A DNA stretch of 63,069 nucleotides, counting the filler, from Sphacelaria rigidula (lineage: Eukaryota), in the NCBI GenBank assembly GCA_964200075.2. It is 8 parts of 8 records of this genome, joined end to end, with 100 filler letters (N's around TTAATTAATTAA, not from the genome) between each part and the next. Parts side by side here need not be neighbours in the genome. Positions count along the whole stretch, not along the records: positions 7,898 to 15,694 come from CAXNAA020013432.1; positions 15,795 to 23,591 come from CAXNAA020013433.1; positions 23,692 to 31,487 come from CAXNAA020013434.1; 5 more parts are not named here. One strand, 5' to 3'. A program made the translations under genes and the position numbers. Within the stretch, counting starts at the first letter, position 1. Every line of letters begins with the position of its first letter. This document shows positions 12,231 through 25,183 of the stretch, one piece after another. The notes under the pieces were generated by a model. The model had not been told where the DNA came from. It worked only from the letters and a program-made list of their open reading frames with translations, and searched no databases.

Positions 12231-14537
12231 ATCGTTTTGCATTGGACTTTCTCAAGTGCTGTAAGCTTGCTCTTGTTTCAGGCACAACGATAAGACTGTA
12301 ACGAGGTTGATTCAGGCAACGAGCAGATAGATGCAAGAAGATCGGCAGGATAGTAAAATCGAACTTTGTGCACAAATGGAATGGTGAAATGTGTAATCCT
12401 ATAGTAAAAGTAAGTCATATCATGCATGAGCTAGCGAAGCATCGTAACTTGCATGATCGAAATGCTATTGTTGTTCGCTCTAGTACTCGACTTGTACAGT
12501 AGAGACATGCACGTGGACGACCACTATGGCCAATCCTATTCCGTTTGTACCATGGCGCTTCGGTAACCGGGACTATTGTGTCACACTATATCATCTATCT
12601 GTGGGTTTTTCAGGAAGGTGCCATGCTGCAGGAGGAGATGTGTAGCAATGGCTCAGGGATTCGAGTTTTTTTATATACTTTGAAATAGTAAACAATAATA
12701 CATCATGCAGACGACAAAGGCTACCAGATACAATTTTGGAAAGAGCTTCAAGATGAGTCAGCTGTCCAAGCGGGAGGTTGGATTTTGAGTGCGTACATGT
12801 AAAATGAATGGAGAACATAAAGCACCGACACATACGTAAGTAAAAGGGCTCATACCCATTCAGCTAACAATATAATGGCGGGCTACTTGAGTTAAAATCC
12901 AGACCCGTCCGAAAAAACGACGCCTGTTTTTCTCTTCGAGGTCGTGGACCAAAAGTAAAACCGAGGCGACACCCAAGGATGTCAAAGTAAATCAACTAGT
13001 CAGCAGGCGATCGCGTATACACTTTAAGTCGCTGCCTACTCGGTTTATCCGGCGCCACTGACGATGTGTGTGTACAGAGTGAAAATGGCGATCATTTTTT
13101 ACAGCTGGGCTTTATGTGTCGATCTATGTTACGGTAAAAGATCATGTATGTGAAGGACATGCATAAAAATTAGGTCAAGCACGATACTGTTACATACTGA
13201 AATTGTCTCCATACCAAGCTATGAAACGGCTGTAGGCTTGATGTGCACAACGCATGGGTGTGGTAGTACACCGTCCGTTTGCAGTGAGGTAAAAAAGAAA
13301 ACATGGAGGCTTGTATATCATGCAGCGGATATTGGAGGTGCGCACCCTCATGACAAAGTCAACTGGTCAAGTTGCCCTGCACCTCACAAAGGCCCGTTCA
13401 CCGATGAAAGATTTTTAGATAAAGATTTTAGATACTAACGACCTATATCTTTCGATGCATGAGGTCCTTTCACAACATAAAATGATGTTTCCAGGCGAAG
13501 ACAAGACACCCGTTAGGACGACAATCCTACAGCTGTGGATAGTAGTCATCACTGAGATGAGAGGTAGCTAATACATGTCTGCAACCACGGGAAACCCCAC
13601 ACAAGCAGTCGTGCCGAGAGCATAGTTGTACGATGTACAAAGAAACTATCCGTATACACATATTTTTAGTATAATTACGGATAATCTGACCATTGAATTG
13701 ATCGCCAGCGCTCGAGTTCATGGGTTGAACAACTTGGCAGCGCGATCAATCAACCTGGTGCTGCCATGACAGTTGTAACCCATGGAAGAGAAGATCGTGA
13801 CGATTGAAGTTCATGGCATTCGTGCTACCCGCTTGCATTCAGTTCACGGTTATTAGATACCGTGAGATGGTACTTGGCGCATGCTATCGTGAGGGATAGA
13901 TTCAAGTTTATGAGCCGTCACTAGTGTGAAACGTCAGACTGACTATAATGCCTGACGCAGCGTGCCGGTGCTATCTCGGATGTATCAATTCTCAGACGGC
14001 GATAGAGTGAGGAACATGGAGCAATGATGGGTGTATTCACAACTCAAGCGACTTCTGATGTGGGATGTGGATTAGAGTGTAATGGACACCGATCTAAGTG
14101 CACTGCGCACCAGGCTACAGCTGTGGTTACACCTTTTGAGACTCGCGCTTCTCTCGCTTTGAGTAATCCAGACTGATACTTTTTCTAGAAAAAGCCGTGG
14201 AACGTTTTCTGGAAAGAGCTGGATCTATTAACGATGGTTGATTCGACAGGATCACGGGAAAGATTATGAGAACCTTCATTCCACTACACCGGACGTGGAG
14301 CCGACCACGCAACAGCTGCTGTGCGCTCAGTTATTGCAGAGTAATGCAGTTGCAAAGGGCAATGTTGTGTTGTCCGCAGCCATAGTGTTACCGTTACGAT
14401 AGTATACCGGTGAGACAAGCAACCCTGTGATTGCTATACGCGGGGATCATGACAAATAGGCAGTCAATTATTCGTGCTAATGCGGCAGCAGTGCCATTCA
14501 TCATCACTGTGAATGTTCTAGAACATCTACCGAGGCG

Positions 14538-15694
14538 ATGAACACCACTGCTGCCGCATTAACACGCCCCGTGCCCAAGCCCATATACGCGGGGCTGGTA
14601 GAAGTTAAGAAGCGACTCATGCAGGAAGCAGAGGAAGGGAACCAAGGGCAAGACTTCGACTCTGTTGCTGCCTTCAGCAACCAAAAGGCGTCAACACCAA
14701 GAGGTGGCACGCCTGTCGAGACATCCTCATCTACTCGTGGAGCACAGAAGCGCCCGAGGGAAGAATCAGCTAAGCCCACCAAGCGTGTCAAGTTTGACAC
14801 GCGAGGAGAGGCACCGGCGACCGGGTTCCTCCCTGCCCGCAATGCGCCCAAGGGGGAGCGCGACGTCGCCATCCGTTTGCTAGGGGTGTGTTTCAACCAC
14901 GCATATGGACGAGACTGCAGCAGCAAGGACTCAGAGGGCGGCTGCAATTACTCCCACGATCAAGATCGAATTCCCTTCGGTCATTACAAGCAACCGGAGC
15001 AGAAACAAGCAAAGCCCAAGACGAAGAGGGACAGGCTAATGAGCCTCCAACTAGGGGAGTTGTTCGGGTTGATTGACGGCCAGTACGAATATCGGGGGTT
15101 CAACCACGGGCTGGACAAACCAGAAAACGACGTCGAGGAGGAGGGGGTCGAGACGGTCGAAGCACTGAGCAACCGTTTCGACGCCACAAACGAGGAATGA
15201 GGGTGCGCCCTGGGGCCGCAGTCCCCGGGGGACAGCGTGTACGTAGATAGTTTATCAGCAGTAAAGGGTGGCGATGCACAGCAACTGTGGGTGCAAGCTA
15301 GAGTATGGCACCACAGCAAAAGTAGCCACGGTTTACCAGTAACGGTGTTACTGGACACCGGGGCGAGGGGGGGTAGCTATGCATCGAAGCAGTGGTGAAA
15401 ATCGTTGGTGACGTGGGGTAACATCACAGACAAGCTGCAGCGACAGGGAGCAGGATTTTTGAGGGCAGCAAACCCTAGTGACAGCCGGGTGCCACCGATG
15501 AAGATTCTAGGGTCAACGGTAATCCCGATTCGGTTCCACCCAAAGGATAGAATAAGGAAAGTATGGGTCAGGGTGGTCGATGGATTGCCGTACGGATTCA
15601 TTTTGGGGGCAAGTTTCTTTAGAAGGAACAAGAGTACGCTGTCTTTTGAAGGTCGATCAGGATTTCGACCTTCGCCGGAGGCTCCGTGGGTAAG
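14538..15694 (+). mobile_element. LTR-retroelement-like gag (CCCH finger) plus retropepsin protease, truncated by the contig end
   Basis: ORF 14538-15200 contains C-x8-C-x8-C-x3-H. The same frame continues past TGA to TVLLDTGA (LDTG 15351-15362) and VRVVDGLPYGFILGASFF; second TGA at 15396. Confidence 0.75.
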
Positions 15695-15794
15695 NNNNNN
15701 NNNNNNNNNNNNNNNNNNNNNNNNNNNNNNNNNNNNNNTTAATTAATTAANNNNNNNNNNNNNNNNNNNNNNNNNNNNNNNNNNNNNNNNNNNN
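15695..15794. other. Artificial contig linker
   Basis: N44-TTAATTAATTAA-N44. Confidence 0.98.
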
Positions 15795-16135
15795 TAATCC
15801 TCCGGGTTCTCATCCTCAATGAAAAGCACCATCCTCAACATAGATGATCGGCTGTTTATAGAAAAGGGCGTGGGGCTTCAGTCGACAATCAAAGTTGCAA
15901 ATCGAAGTTACAAAGTTTGTGCTAACGGGGCTAGCATAGGACAAGTGCGACGCGACAGATATAACCACAGCGGCGGCGTGTCAGGAGGTGAGGCAGGACA
16001 GCGTAATGGTGATCGAGGGGGAGCTGAAGGAAAACGCGTGCTTAAACTTTGACCAGCGACGGCGGCGACAGCCCCAGCGACGACAACGCAGGAGCTGGCG
16101 AGAAACCTAAATTTTGATGACGTTCTCCGATTGCT

Positions 16136-18209
16136 GTGCATGTTAGAGGTGTAGAGAGTGCCCACACGTCCCCTGAAGACGTCGCGAAGCGGCAATTTCG
16201 TCAAGTGTGGGTCAGCGCTTTGCGCGCTGAAATGGATGGTCAGGGAAATGCAAGAACGCTTTCGACGGGTACTATACCAGAGGGAGGAAGCAAGATCATG
16301 GCGAAGCGGATATTTAGCAGCAAACCGGACGCCGAGGGTCTAATCACCAAGGCCAGGTCTAACTCGTAGCGCGGGGTTACCGGCAGCGTTTTGCCTTAGA
16401 CTTTTTCGAAACCTTCGCGGCAATGCCACCCATGACCTCGATTAGTTGGTCATGACAGTTGCAGTAGACGACGGGTGGCCTTTGCACCATATTGATGTGA
16501 CGTAAGCCTTCGTGAGAGCCGAAATGGACACTGAGGTGTACCTGAAACTTCCGGAGGGTTACGATTCATTGACTGGAAAAGCTGTTAAGTCAGACTAGTC
16601 GATTTTGGCGTAATGCAGGCCGGCAGGCAGTGACTATGCCGTCTATGTAAGACACTGTTGGAGAACATTCGGATGGAGCAGGGCAAAGCTGATCCGTGTG
16701 GACTTAGAATGGAGAAAGACCGAAGTGTGGAAGTACTTCTAGTCATGCACGTAGATGTCATCTTCGTTGAAGGGGGAAAATAGAAGACTGATGGGGAACA
16801 CCAGGCTCTGCATAGAGACGTTCCCACCGTTAACGTTGGGGAGACCAACTGGTACACGTGGGTTTTGCAATAGACAGAGGTTGGGATGAAGGGACGAAGT
16901 CTATTACACACATCACACTTAAAGACCCATTGAAGGCTGCGGGTTACTTGTACATCTCTCATTCAACTTCTACTGCGGACTCAGGCCAAGAACGGGGAAA
17001 TGCACGATCGCAGACCGCCCGTACCAGAATGGTGTAGGAGGGGTCATATGATTGGCAGGCTTAACGAGCCCAGGTCTAGCCAACGCAGCTCAAGTACCGG
17101 CACGTTATTCACATGGCCCGTGCGAGAGACAGTGGGATGGGAAGGCTATGGTGCTGGCGTGCCTGACTTGGATCCGAGACTATGAGCTAACGTTTACGTG
17201 CAGGAAGGATGTACTGTAGGTGTACTCTGACCCATACTCTGGCAAAATAAAACACGGATAGACGTTCGGTGTTGGGGGTAGCGGTGATTAATGAGGATGC
17301 GGTGGTATCTGAAACTAGTCGTAAAAAGTGTAGCTCTGTTCACCGCCGAGGCTGAGTATTTTACGACGGCCGAGGAGACTAAAGAAGGGATGTCTGCAGA
17401 GATGGTTATGCCGCCTTGGTGACCAAGGGTTGTGTCGGGGTGTGTGAAGGATTTCGGTATAATTCTTCATGAGGATTACCAGGGGGGGTAAGGCCTTCGC
17501 TGAACCTCCTCAGTTCCGGTCGCAGCAAGCGCACAGATGTAAGGTGGTATTTCATTCAGGACTTGATGACGACGGAAGAGGTGGATATCGTTCACGTAAA
17601 TTAAGGATGGCAGCATGCTGATAATATCCTGAAAAAACCTCTCCCCGCTACGTTGTTCATGAAGCACTGACGTGAATGATGGGCTTGGACAATGACAAGT
17701 GGGCGCATGTGATTTGTGTTGTTGTGTGCCTGTTGACTTATGTGAGCTCCAGGTGACTGGGTTCATGTTCATGTAACGCATTCGTGCGTATAGTGGGCTA
17801 AGCGACTCCCGCTACTTTAAAAGGCATGAATCATTGTTGCGTGTTTCCCGATATGCCGTGCATCTGCCTTTGCCGGCATCTGGAGAAAGGGCTATGGTAC
17901 TTGAGCACGAGCGTTGAAATTGAAGGGGAGAGAGCTTTTTGTTCGGAAGACCGAGTCTCCTCTCCAAGAGGTAGAGAGTATTCGTCGCTGACGTACCAGG
18001 TCAGGGGGGTGTTCGGGTGATTAGATACAGTCAGTGAGATCCGTGTAGATGTGAGGGGAATCGACTGACGAGCGGGTCTTGACAGTCATGTGCGTGTGAA
18101 GGTAGACTCGTCGTGTGGCTGCTGGCTGTGCACCAGCTCACCTCTCTGACTCGTCTTCAGCTACCCATTTCTGATTCCAAGCCCTACTTCAGGGTTCTCT
18201 CATCGAATA
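16136..18209 (+). mobile_element. pol: Ty1/copia element D, decayed RT and RNase H, PPT and 3' LTR
   Basis: WVSALRAEMDG, ITKARS..LVARGYRQ..DFFETFA, FTAEAEY (~17340), SSGRSKRTDVRWYFI and QHAD motifs; purine tract AGGGGGG at 18003-18009 followed by TGTTCGGG. Confidence 0.85.
18010..18209 (+). repeat. Probable 3' LTR of copia D
   Basis: Starts TGTTCGGGTGATTAGATAC right after the PPT and ends CGAATA; similar at both ends to the LTR at 28921-29134. Confidence 0.6.
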
Positions 18210-18513
18210 TCATCAAAACATGTATTCTGCCAAAGGCTCACGTATTGTATCACCGTTTTTTGTCTTGTTCATTGGATCCGATAACGTACCCTAAAAGCGG
18301 TCTCTCTGGCATGCCATACGCTCTTTTTCCGCTAATTATTTGTGATGCTTGCCATAATCACCCTTCCATCTCGGGCACATGGTCTTGATCGAATTAGCAT
18401 GCGAGTTCGGCACCATAGACGGAAGCAGAGACTTCGTGGGGGGCAAGTTGCCTCCCGTCTACTGAAAAAGGATCTCTTAGTACAAACAATATTTTATATA
18501 TACATAGATTTAC

Positions 18514-21500
18514 CTTCTCTATGGTGATCCAGGCCGCCGCCCGAACGTTTTCTTGTTGACCCTTCCTTGACGCACCCGGCAGAGGCGGCGGTATGGTGGG
18601 TAGCGCGCTGCCCGTAGTGTGCCTTCTAGATAGAGTGCGGCGTTCCGTGTCCTGATGTCCCATAGCAAAATGCAGAACAAGCACATTTCTCGCACATTTG
18701 TTTTTTTTCCTCAGACTTCTAACCCCTCCTCTTCCTCGGGATGAGTGCGTGGTCTCGAGGGATAAACCCATCTCTCGCGGATTGGATCAGCACTTCCACA
18801 CCGCGTCAGCTCACGTCACACAAATCCAGTCGACTGCTTCGTTTACTCACGTTCTCACGCTTCCCACGGCGGAAATCATACATGGCGAAGAAAAACCGCA
18901 ACGCATCGGGAATCGAACCCCCGTTCTCTCCACCCTAATGACGACAGTCGGACCATTACACCACCGGGGCGCGGCACAGTGCACGCGAAGAAAAGGTAGT
19001 TGGCATCATGCTGTCAACGATGCTAGGTATGACAGTAACTACTGAGCTACCAGCTGGTGCTCGTGCTGCTGTTCGACGTTTAATTGCTGACCGCCTAGAA
19101 CAGTCGTTATTAGTGTGACGTCTAACAAAACCTGATACTGAGGTCCGTCATTTCTCTGCTAGTACTGTCATCGCCGCAACCGGCGCTGCTCTTCGCCCTG
19201 GATCGCTCTGCCAAGCGCCAAGCAGGGTTAATTGCACTTGTTATTGCCGAACGTGTACATACCGATTTTTCAGGTGTGTACATTCCTCTGTATTTGTTTT
19301 TTATCGCAAAGAAACTGATCAAGAATGAACATGGAGGGACTCGAACCCCGGGACGAACGTTTGTAAAATGTCACAACAACCCTTGAGTGACTAGTCAGCA
19401 CTAAATGTTCAGCACCATTGCTATATATGTGACATTCTACAAACTTTGGGTGATCGTTCCGTGGTTATTGTAAGATCTGACAAATGTTCGTCCTGATCCC
19501 TCAGTGGTTATTGGGGACATCTGACGAAATTTAACCACGGGGTGTTCGAGTTCCCCAAATTCATTTTTGACCAGTTTTTTTGCGAGAAGAAGCAAAAGAT
19601 TTACACTTGAAGGAGCTGTATACACACTCGGGTGAAGATTAATCACAACGTACCCTGCTTGATACTTGGTAAAACGATCCAGGGCCAAGAAAAGCGCTGG
19701 TTACAAAGATAATAACCTTCAGTGGAACATGACGACCTGATAGCCCAACAACAGCTTCACCAACCTCAGGACTGACTTTCATGTTATTCGATGTCATGAC
19801 TAGCTCTGTGCTAAATAGCCAGCGCTGACTGATAGCTCAGTGCTAATTGTGACATCTGTAGCACACGATTCGAGCTGGCTTGGGTATTCGGTACGTATTT
19901 TCACGATACAAGAGGTGGCTTTGGGTAGCTCTTTACTCTCTGCTCGGCCGTACCTGCGTAGTGATCGAAGAGCACGGTTCGGAATAAAACGACGCAACAT
20001 TATTGCGTGCCTTAGGGCAAAGGTAGGCGCGAAACTGAACCTGATACTGGCCACGTGTGTGTAGCTCGTAGGGACGGCGATCACCCGTACGTGTGACGAG
20101 TTACCTTCCACCCGCCGCTGTCAGACGTTCGGCCAGGCGCCGGTGCTTCCGACCCCGTTGAGGTGAAACCTAGCCCAAGTACCGAATTCACTCTCCCGGA
20201 GTTCATCGCAATCTCCATATTATTTGAACACGCCAAAGCAATGGCCTGGTTGATTAGTAGCACGAAAATGGGGAGCGACGATTAGCTTTTGAATAGATTT
20301 ACGTATTGTTGCCGCGGAGAATCGGCGACTGGAGCATGAGATGGGCCCTTGAATCTCGCTGGGATCGATGACTATCGGTCGCTCTCAATGAGCTGAGAGC
20401 TCCTGGGGAGCTGATACTGCAATATTGATTGCAAATGGTAACATGTGGAAACGCAAGCCCGTATTTGCATCTGGTGGGTTTATTGGCAGAGCTGCGGGCG
20501 ATCCCAGCGACTACGCATTTACCATGAAACCTTCGCGGTTCATGAAGACATGGTGGTATTCTTCGGTAGATGAGAAGAGCGTAATCCTCTTTCTCCGCAG
20601 CAAGGGATCTCGAAATCTGAAACCCCAAGCAGAAATCGTTGCGGTGGTTCAGCTTTCTAATCAACCCCCTATTTTGTGGCTGTGTTCCTTACTTACGCCA
20701 TGCTTCTCCGGTATGCTTGTTCATGAATTTTTGGAAAGGTACTCGCACGCTTGCGATCCCGGGAGGGTTGTGATATAGTGCAAAAGCGATGGATGTAGCC
20801 AATCTTGCGATTTTTTTATTTTTTGTACTACCATGTCATCAGTCACACACGCACCATACTAGGTACTGGTATATGATCTTGCCTGATCCAACCGTCGCGC
20901 ACGCTCGTGAGCCTCCGCCGATACGACACCCCCTGCCGTGGCTGTGCCACTGTTTTGACTTGTACTGTCTTTCTGGCGTGAACGTGTTGATGCATCTGTT
21001 CGCACCGGCGGAGCTGATCCACTTTCACGGAGGTACATTTGCCGGTTGTCCGCTCGCTGCAACCTAGTTACTGTTGAGAGCGAAATACGCGCTTAATGGC
21101 GTTCGATTGAATACGGCGTTAGTCATTGCTTGGTGCAGCAGTGCATCGTCATTGTCAGTGATTATGTGTCGCATCCATTCCGTGGTTGGAGGGGGGATGT
21201 TTTGACAACATTCTCGCCGAAAACATCTTCCTTAAGACGTCATTTGAGGCAGTAAACAGGGCTTCAAAGATCGCCAACCTAGATACCCAGCGACATGTCG
21301 GTAGCTTCACGTTTGACCTCGCAAATCTATACGTGATGCATGTGCAGGACGTTTGTAATTGCGCATTACACCCGAGGATACTGTGGCTTCGGGGATGACT
21401 TTCCAACGATGGGAGCTCATTCATCACACCACAGGAGAATATGAAGTCCTACGTACTCGATGCTGAACTCGAGCCCAGCACAGGCGTGACAACAGCAACA

Positions 21501-22856
21501 CAGCACAACGCTACAGTGTACCTCGGAGCACAAAGTACAGTATCATATGCTGGGTCATATCCTGGGTCGGTCCAGTCCGTCATATGTAGCATTTGTGAAC
21601 CCACCCTGCCTGGTTGGTAGTCATCACCTTCTACGTCGCCATGTCGCCGACAGAGCGTCGCGAAGCTGGTACTACCACCCTCCGCAGACAACGCATTGGA
21701 CACCGATATTCTCCCCTTTCCGCCGACTTCTCGAACATTCGTCGCTTCGCCTCCATCGATCGATGCGCTTATAGATCTTTCGCCGAACCCAGCTCCGTTG
21801 CTTTCACTACTGCCCGCATCATCCGTTGTTTCTGGCCGCAGCACGGTGGACGAGGACGACAGCACAGAAGTAACTGCTGGCGTTTGATCCGGAGGAGGAG
21901 GAGGAGTAACTAGCCACGGAAGCTCTCTCGGACGCCGACCTCTGTCTATCGCGATGCTCAATATGTGCTTGCTGTTGCCCCGCGATCCTTCACGTGTGCC
22001 AAGTTTTGAACCAAAAGCGGCGGTCCGTCGAGTGCCTGAAGGCTGTTGCATACCGTCGTGCAGCGGTGAGTATGGGGGAGGGACGTGCGTGTCCAGGAAT
22101 GGGGCAAAGCTGGAATAGTGGATTTGGTACCACGCTGAGATCAACAATAGTTGCCAGGGAGTACGTGCACGGACACACTGCCCGTGTCACAGAGTGGTGA
22201 GAAGCAAAGCATAGCACCATAATACCCGAGGTTATGGTGCGAGGTGCGGAGCGATATCGAAACTAGTCATGACAGATCACATGGTGCGACAACAAAGTTG
22301 GGTGCGACTACGTAGTTATGGGGAATTCATGCGATAGTGAACGAACCGCGTCGCAGCGGGGTGTCCCCCATTTTATACAAGGTGCCAGTGATATTGGCAA
22401 GTCCTACTGCCATCTCAGGTGCCATGGAACGCCCCGCTGGCATCTGCCCTGGTCCCACTAAACCTGACCCCAACCCTAAACATTTGACGGTCCGACAAGG
22501 TCTAAACGTTGCGCTCGCCGCTGGTCACCATATTTTCCGGTTGACGAGATAACACTGGTACCGTGTCCTACAATGGATGGCTGCCGTGTCTGAGAGGGGT
22601 ATCATAGCGACAGTTCTTACGGTATTGTGCTTCATATAGCATCGGCGAGAGTGAGAGTATACTCAGTTTGCCGGTGAAATCATCACCTCGCCAGCACTGT
22701 GCTGTCCTCTCCGAGCGTGTGGACCTCCTGATGTGGCCCGGGCTGATTTGCGTCGAAGAAATGGTGATTCATCCTGCCCATCAGTGAAGCGTGTAAGAAT
22801 CAGGTCGTGTGATCGTCCTTTGACAGTATGATACGATGAACTACTCGTCAACGATG
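18514..22856 (-). CDS. Partial multi-exon host gene, product unknown (candidate exons 22687-22856, 21522-22042, 21279-21326, 20883-21063, 20697-20749, 20523-20616, 20105-20245, 19954-20040, 19654-19696, 19132-19207, 18514-18651)
   Basis: Segments are bounded by AG acceptors and GT donors (one GC donor); intron phases chain through ten exons into one open frame (...GGWK|VQFRAYLCPKARNNVASFYSEPCSSITTQ|RFSWPWIVLPSIKQ...). The link to the last exon is not phase-resolved and alternative frames exist for some exons. Confidence 0.55.
18898..18970 (-). mobile_element. tRNA-derived SINE-like head (Pol III A/B boxes), intronic
   Basis: Minus strand TGGTGTAATGG (A box) ... GGTTCGATTCC (B box); acceptor stem does not pair. 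Confidence 0.55.
22381..22562. mobile_element. MITE with imperfect TIRs and an internal CCCTAA-like motif (intronic)
   Basis: GGTGCCAGTGATAT ... ATAACACTGGTACC; internal CCTGACCCCAACCCTAAA. Confidence 0.55.
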
Positions 22857-23591
22857 CTGTCCATCGAGGACAGAACCAATCACTCCCTTTGCTTCGATTT
22901 TTCAGTTATAAAAACACTTGGCAAGGGGGTGATCATAACGGGGAGGGGAAAACCTTATCTCGTTCCCCCTTTCCCCCCTCAAAATTTCGGCGACATCATA
23001 CATGCCAGGTACACCCTTGCGCAAAGATCGCCCGCACTGCAGTGAATTTATTTTATCGACGCCCCAAAGCGGTATTCAAGTGGTTGATGTGCTCACTGAG
23101 AAGTGTACAAGCCACAAGTTGAGTGCGTGAAACCACTGAGCGTCGCAAAACAATTTTCAGGTTGATGTGGCCATGCCGGGCCGGGGTTTGAATCTCACCG
23201 ATACTCGATTACCCCTGCCGATGTCAGTACCGAGCCCAAAAAAAATCATTTCGGAACGTTTATGCTTTTCAGCTGTGCCTTATTTCACGCGTGGTGTTAT
23301 TCGGGTCGGCAATATTCACGTCAAGTAAAGGACACCATTTCGCGGTCCGCCCTCCGCTCTGCTCTTTTTCGTGTACCTCATGATATGTGCTGTCTTGCTC
23401 CAATGGCTACTCCAAAACGAAGTAATTTTGAACGTTACACTAAAAGACGGAGGTGTTTGACCTCACATCAAAGTCGGGTGACTTCACCCAATATTGCTGT
23501 CGAGTACTGTACTGCTCATCCGGTGATGCACTACAACCAAGCGAGTTGCTACTTCTACAACACTAGACTCAGAACATCCACTTGCCCCCCC

Positions 23592-23691
23592 NNNNNNNNN
23601 NNNNNNNNNNNNNNNNNNNNNNNNNNNNNNNNNNNTTAATTAATTAANNNNNNNNNNNNNNNNNNNNNNNNNNNNNNNNNNNNNNNNNNNN
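23592..23691. other. Artificial contig linker
   Basis: N44-TTAATTAATTAA-N44. Confidence 0.98.
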
Positions 23692-24499
23692 GTGTGATAT
23701 CATTGCTGATATCCCGCCTTTTCGTGCCGAGAAAAGTCGCAAAACGTGGTGGGACCCTGGATTCTGTTCCATGATCTCACCCTCGATGGCAGCGGATCAT
23801 AACATATTCTCTTGCACGAAGCCAATGGAGCGCCTCCCGTCTATGAGCTGCAGCAAATCGGTTTTGCCAGGGACTCTCGCCAACCGCATCGGATTTCCGA
23901 AAATGCACTCGAAACACGTGCCGAGGGACCCATCAAGAACGGCTGATCAGCCTTCAACACGGGAAAACAAATACTACCGCATCAGCAAATTGGCTGCAAA
24001 ACACCGGGAGCACTTGGAACTGGCTAACCATAAACAAGACGTCATGCTGTGCTGAACAGCAATCAACGGTACAACGAACACCGGACGCTGGGTCTCGGTA
24101 GGCTCCAAGACCATCGCTTCTGCTCCACCTCTAACCCATCCGTGCTCTCTCCCTTGAGGGACAGTACGTGGCCTACACAAATCGCCGACTCTACGCAATT
24201 TGCTGTCACGCCGACCGTCGACACTTGTAGGGGGTGCGTCTTGCACGTCTTCTGGATGATCCTGCGGAAATGATTGATCGGGGGCAGCGGCGAAGGGTAC
24301 GGGTGATCGCAAGAGTTAATGAGGCAGGTTACAGTCAATAAATCGGGCGCTTCAGTACAGCTGGGCGAATTTCAACAACTTCAAATTAGAAACTGGCGCA
24401 AACAGGACGTTTTTTTGTCCCGTGTGGGGATGATGCTTCCAAACGTATCCATTTACTTGGCACCACGCGAGGACGATACCGACACATTCAACACTAGGC

Positions 24500-25183
24500 G
24501 GGTACTCGCGATCGAAAAGACTTCGAAATGCCGAGCAGCTGGGCACTCTCGACTCCGGCGACATTAGACACGACATCCTCTAAGGCCTTGTCGACCTCGA
24601 TCGTGTCTCCGTCTGGGAGGTTCGTCTGGTTCTTGGAAAAGGTGCCAGCGACAGCGGGGGGAAAGAGACGGTGCGCATCAGGTAGGGGTGTGAGTCAAGA
24701 GTTATGACGCATATACATGGGTAGTGGACTCGCTGGGATATCCGTCATCATTTGTGATACACACCCATATATTTTCTGGTATGAACAGGAGTGCCCAAAA
24801 ACAAATGCGAGGCCCTATGCCGATTTTTTCAATCCTGGGTGTTTTCGGGGGGGGGGGGGGGTTACTAAATCCCATGTATAAATAAAGGATGAAAAATAAA
24901 GAAGTAAAAAGTAAAAAGTATATAAAGAATAACAATTCGTGCTAATGATTCTTTAATTCTTCGCATACCTCCGGAGCTGAGGCCGAGTTATATATATATT
25001 CATGAGTTCCGGCACTACGTTGTACATCACACTTCCACGACAAGAACAAGACCAGACAAATACCCCAATGACCTGCAATGCTTCCTCAATCGAGCTTAGC
25101 GCATCTATCTGCACCGCCAATTTGCGTCCAGTGTTGTGGCAGACAGGGCCAACAGTCATGGGCGCTACCTCACCCAAGTCGCC
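24500..25183 (-). CDS. Candidate exons of an unidentified host gene (25073-25183 and ~24505-24625/24631); more exons likely between 23.7 and 26 kb
   Basis: TTTTAG|GDLGEVAPMTVGPVCHNTGRKLAVQIDALSSIEEALQ|GT, then a long polypyrimidine acceptor and TNLPDGDTIEVDKALEDVVSNVAGVESAQLLG in the same phase; second donor uncertain. Confidence 0.4.

Noticed and set aside
13238..13438. EsV-1-7-like cysteine repeat or phaeovirus insertion (CTTHGCGSTPS)
   Set aside because: A single partial match without the downstream YCxxH or repeats; no other viral genes seen
15208..15237. H-type pseudoknot after the gag stop
   Set aside because: The loop can pair 5/6 with ACAGCG, but only 1 nt links the stems, too short to span an 8-bp stem; kept as a simple hairpin
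18898..18970. Functional tRNA gene
   Set aside because: A and B boxes are present, but the acceptor and anticodon stems do not pair
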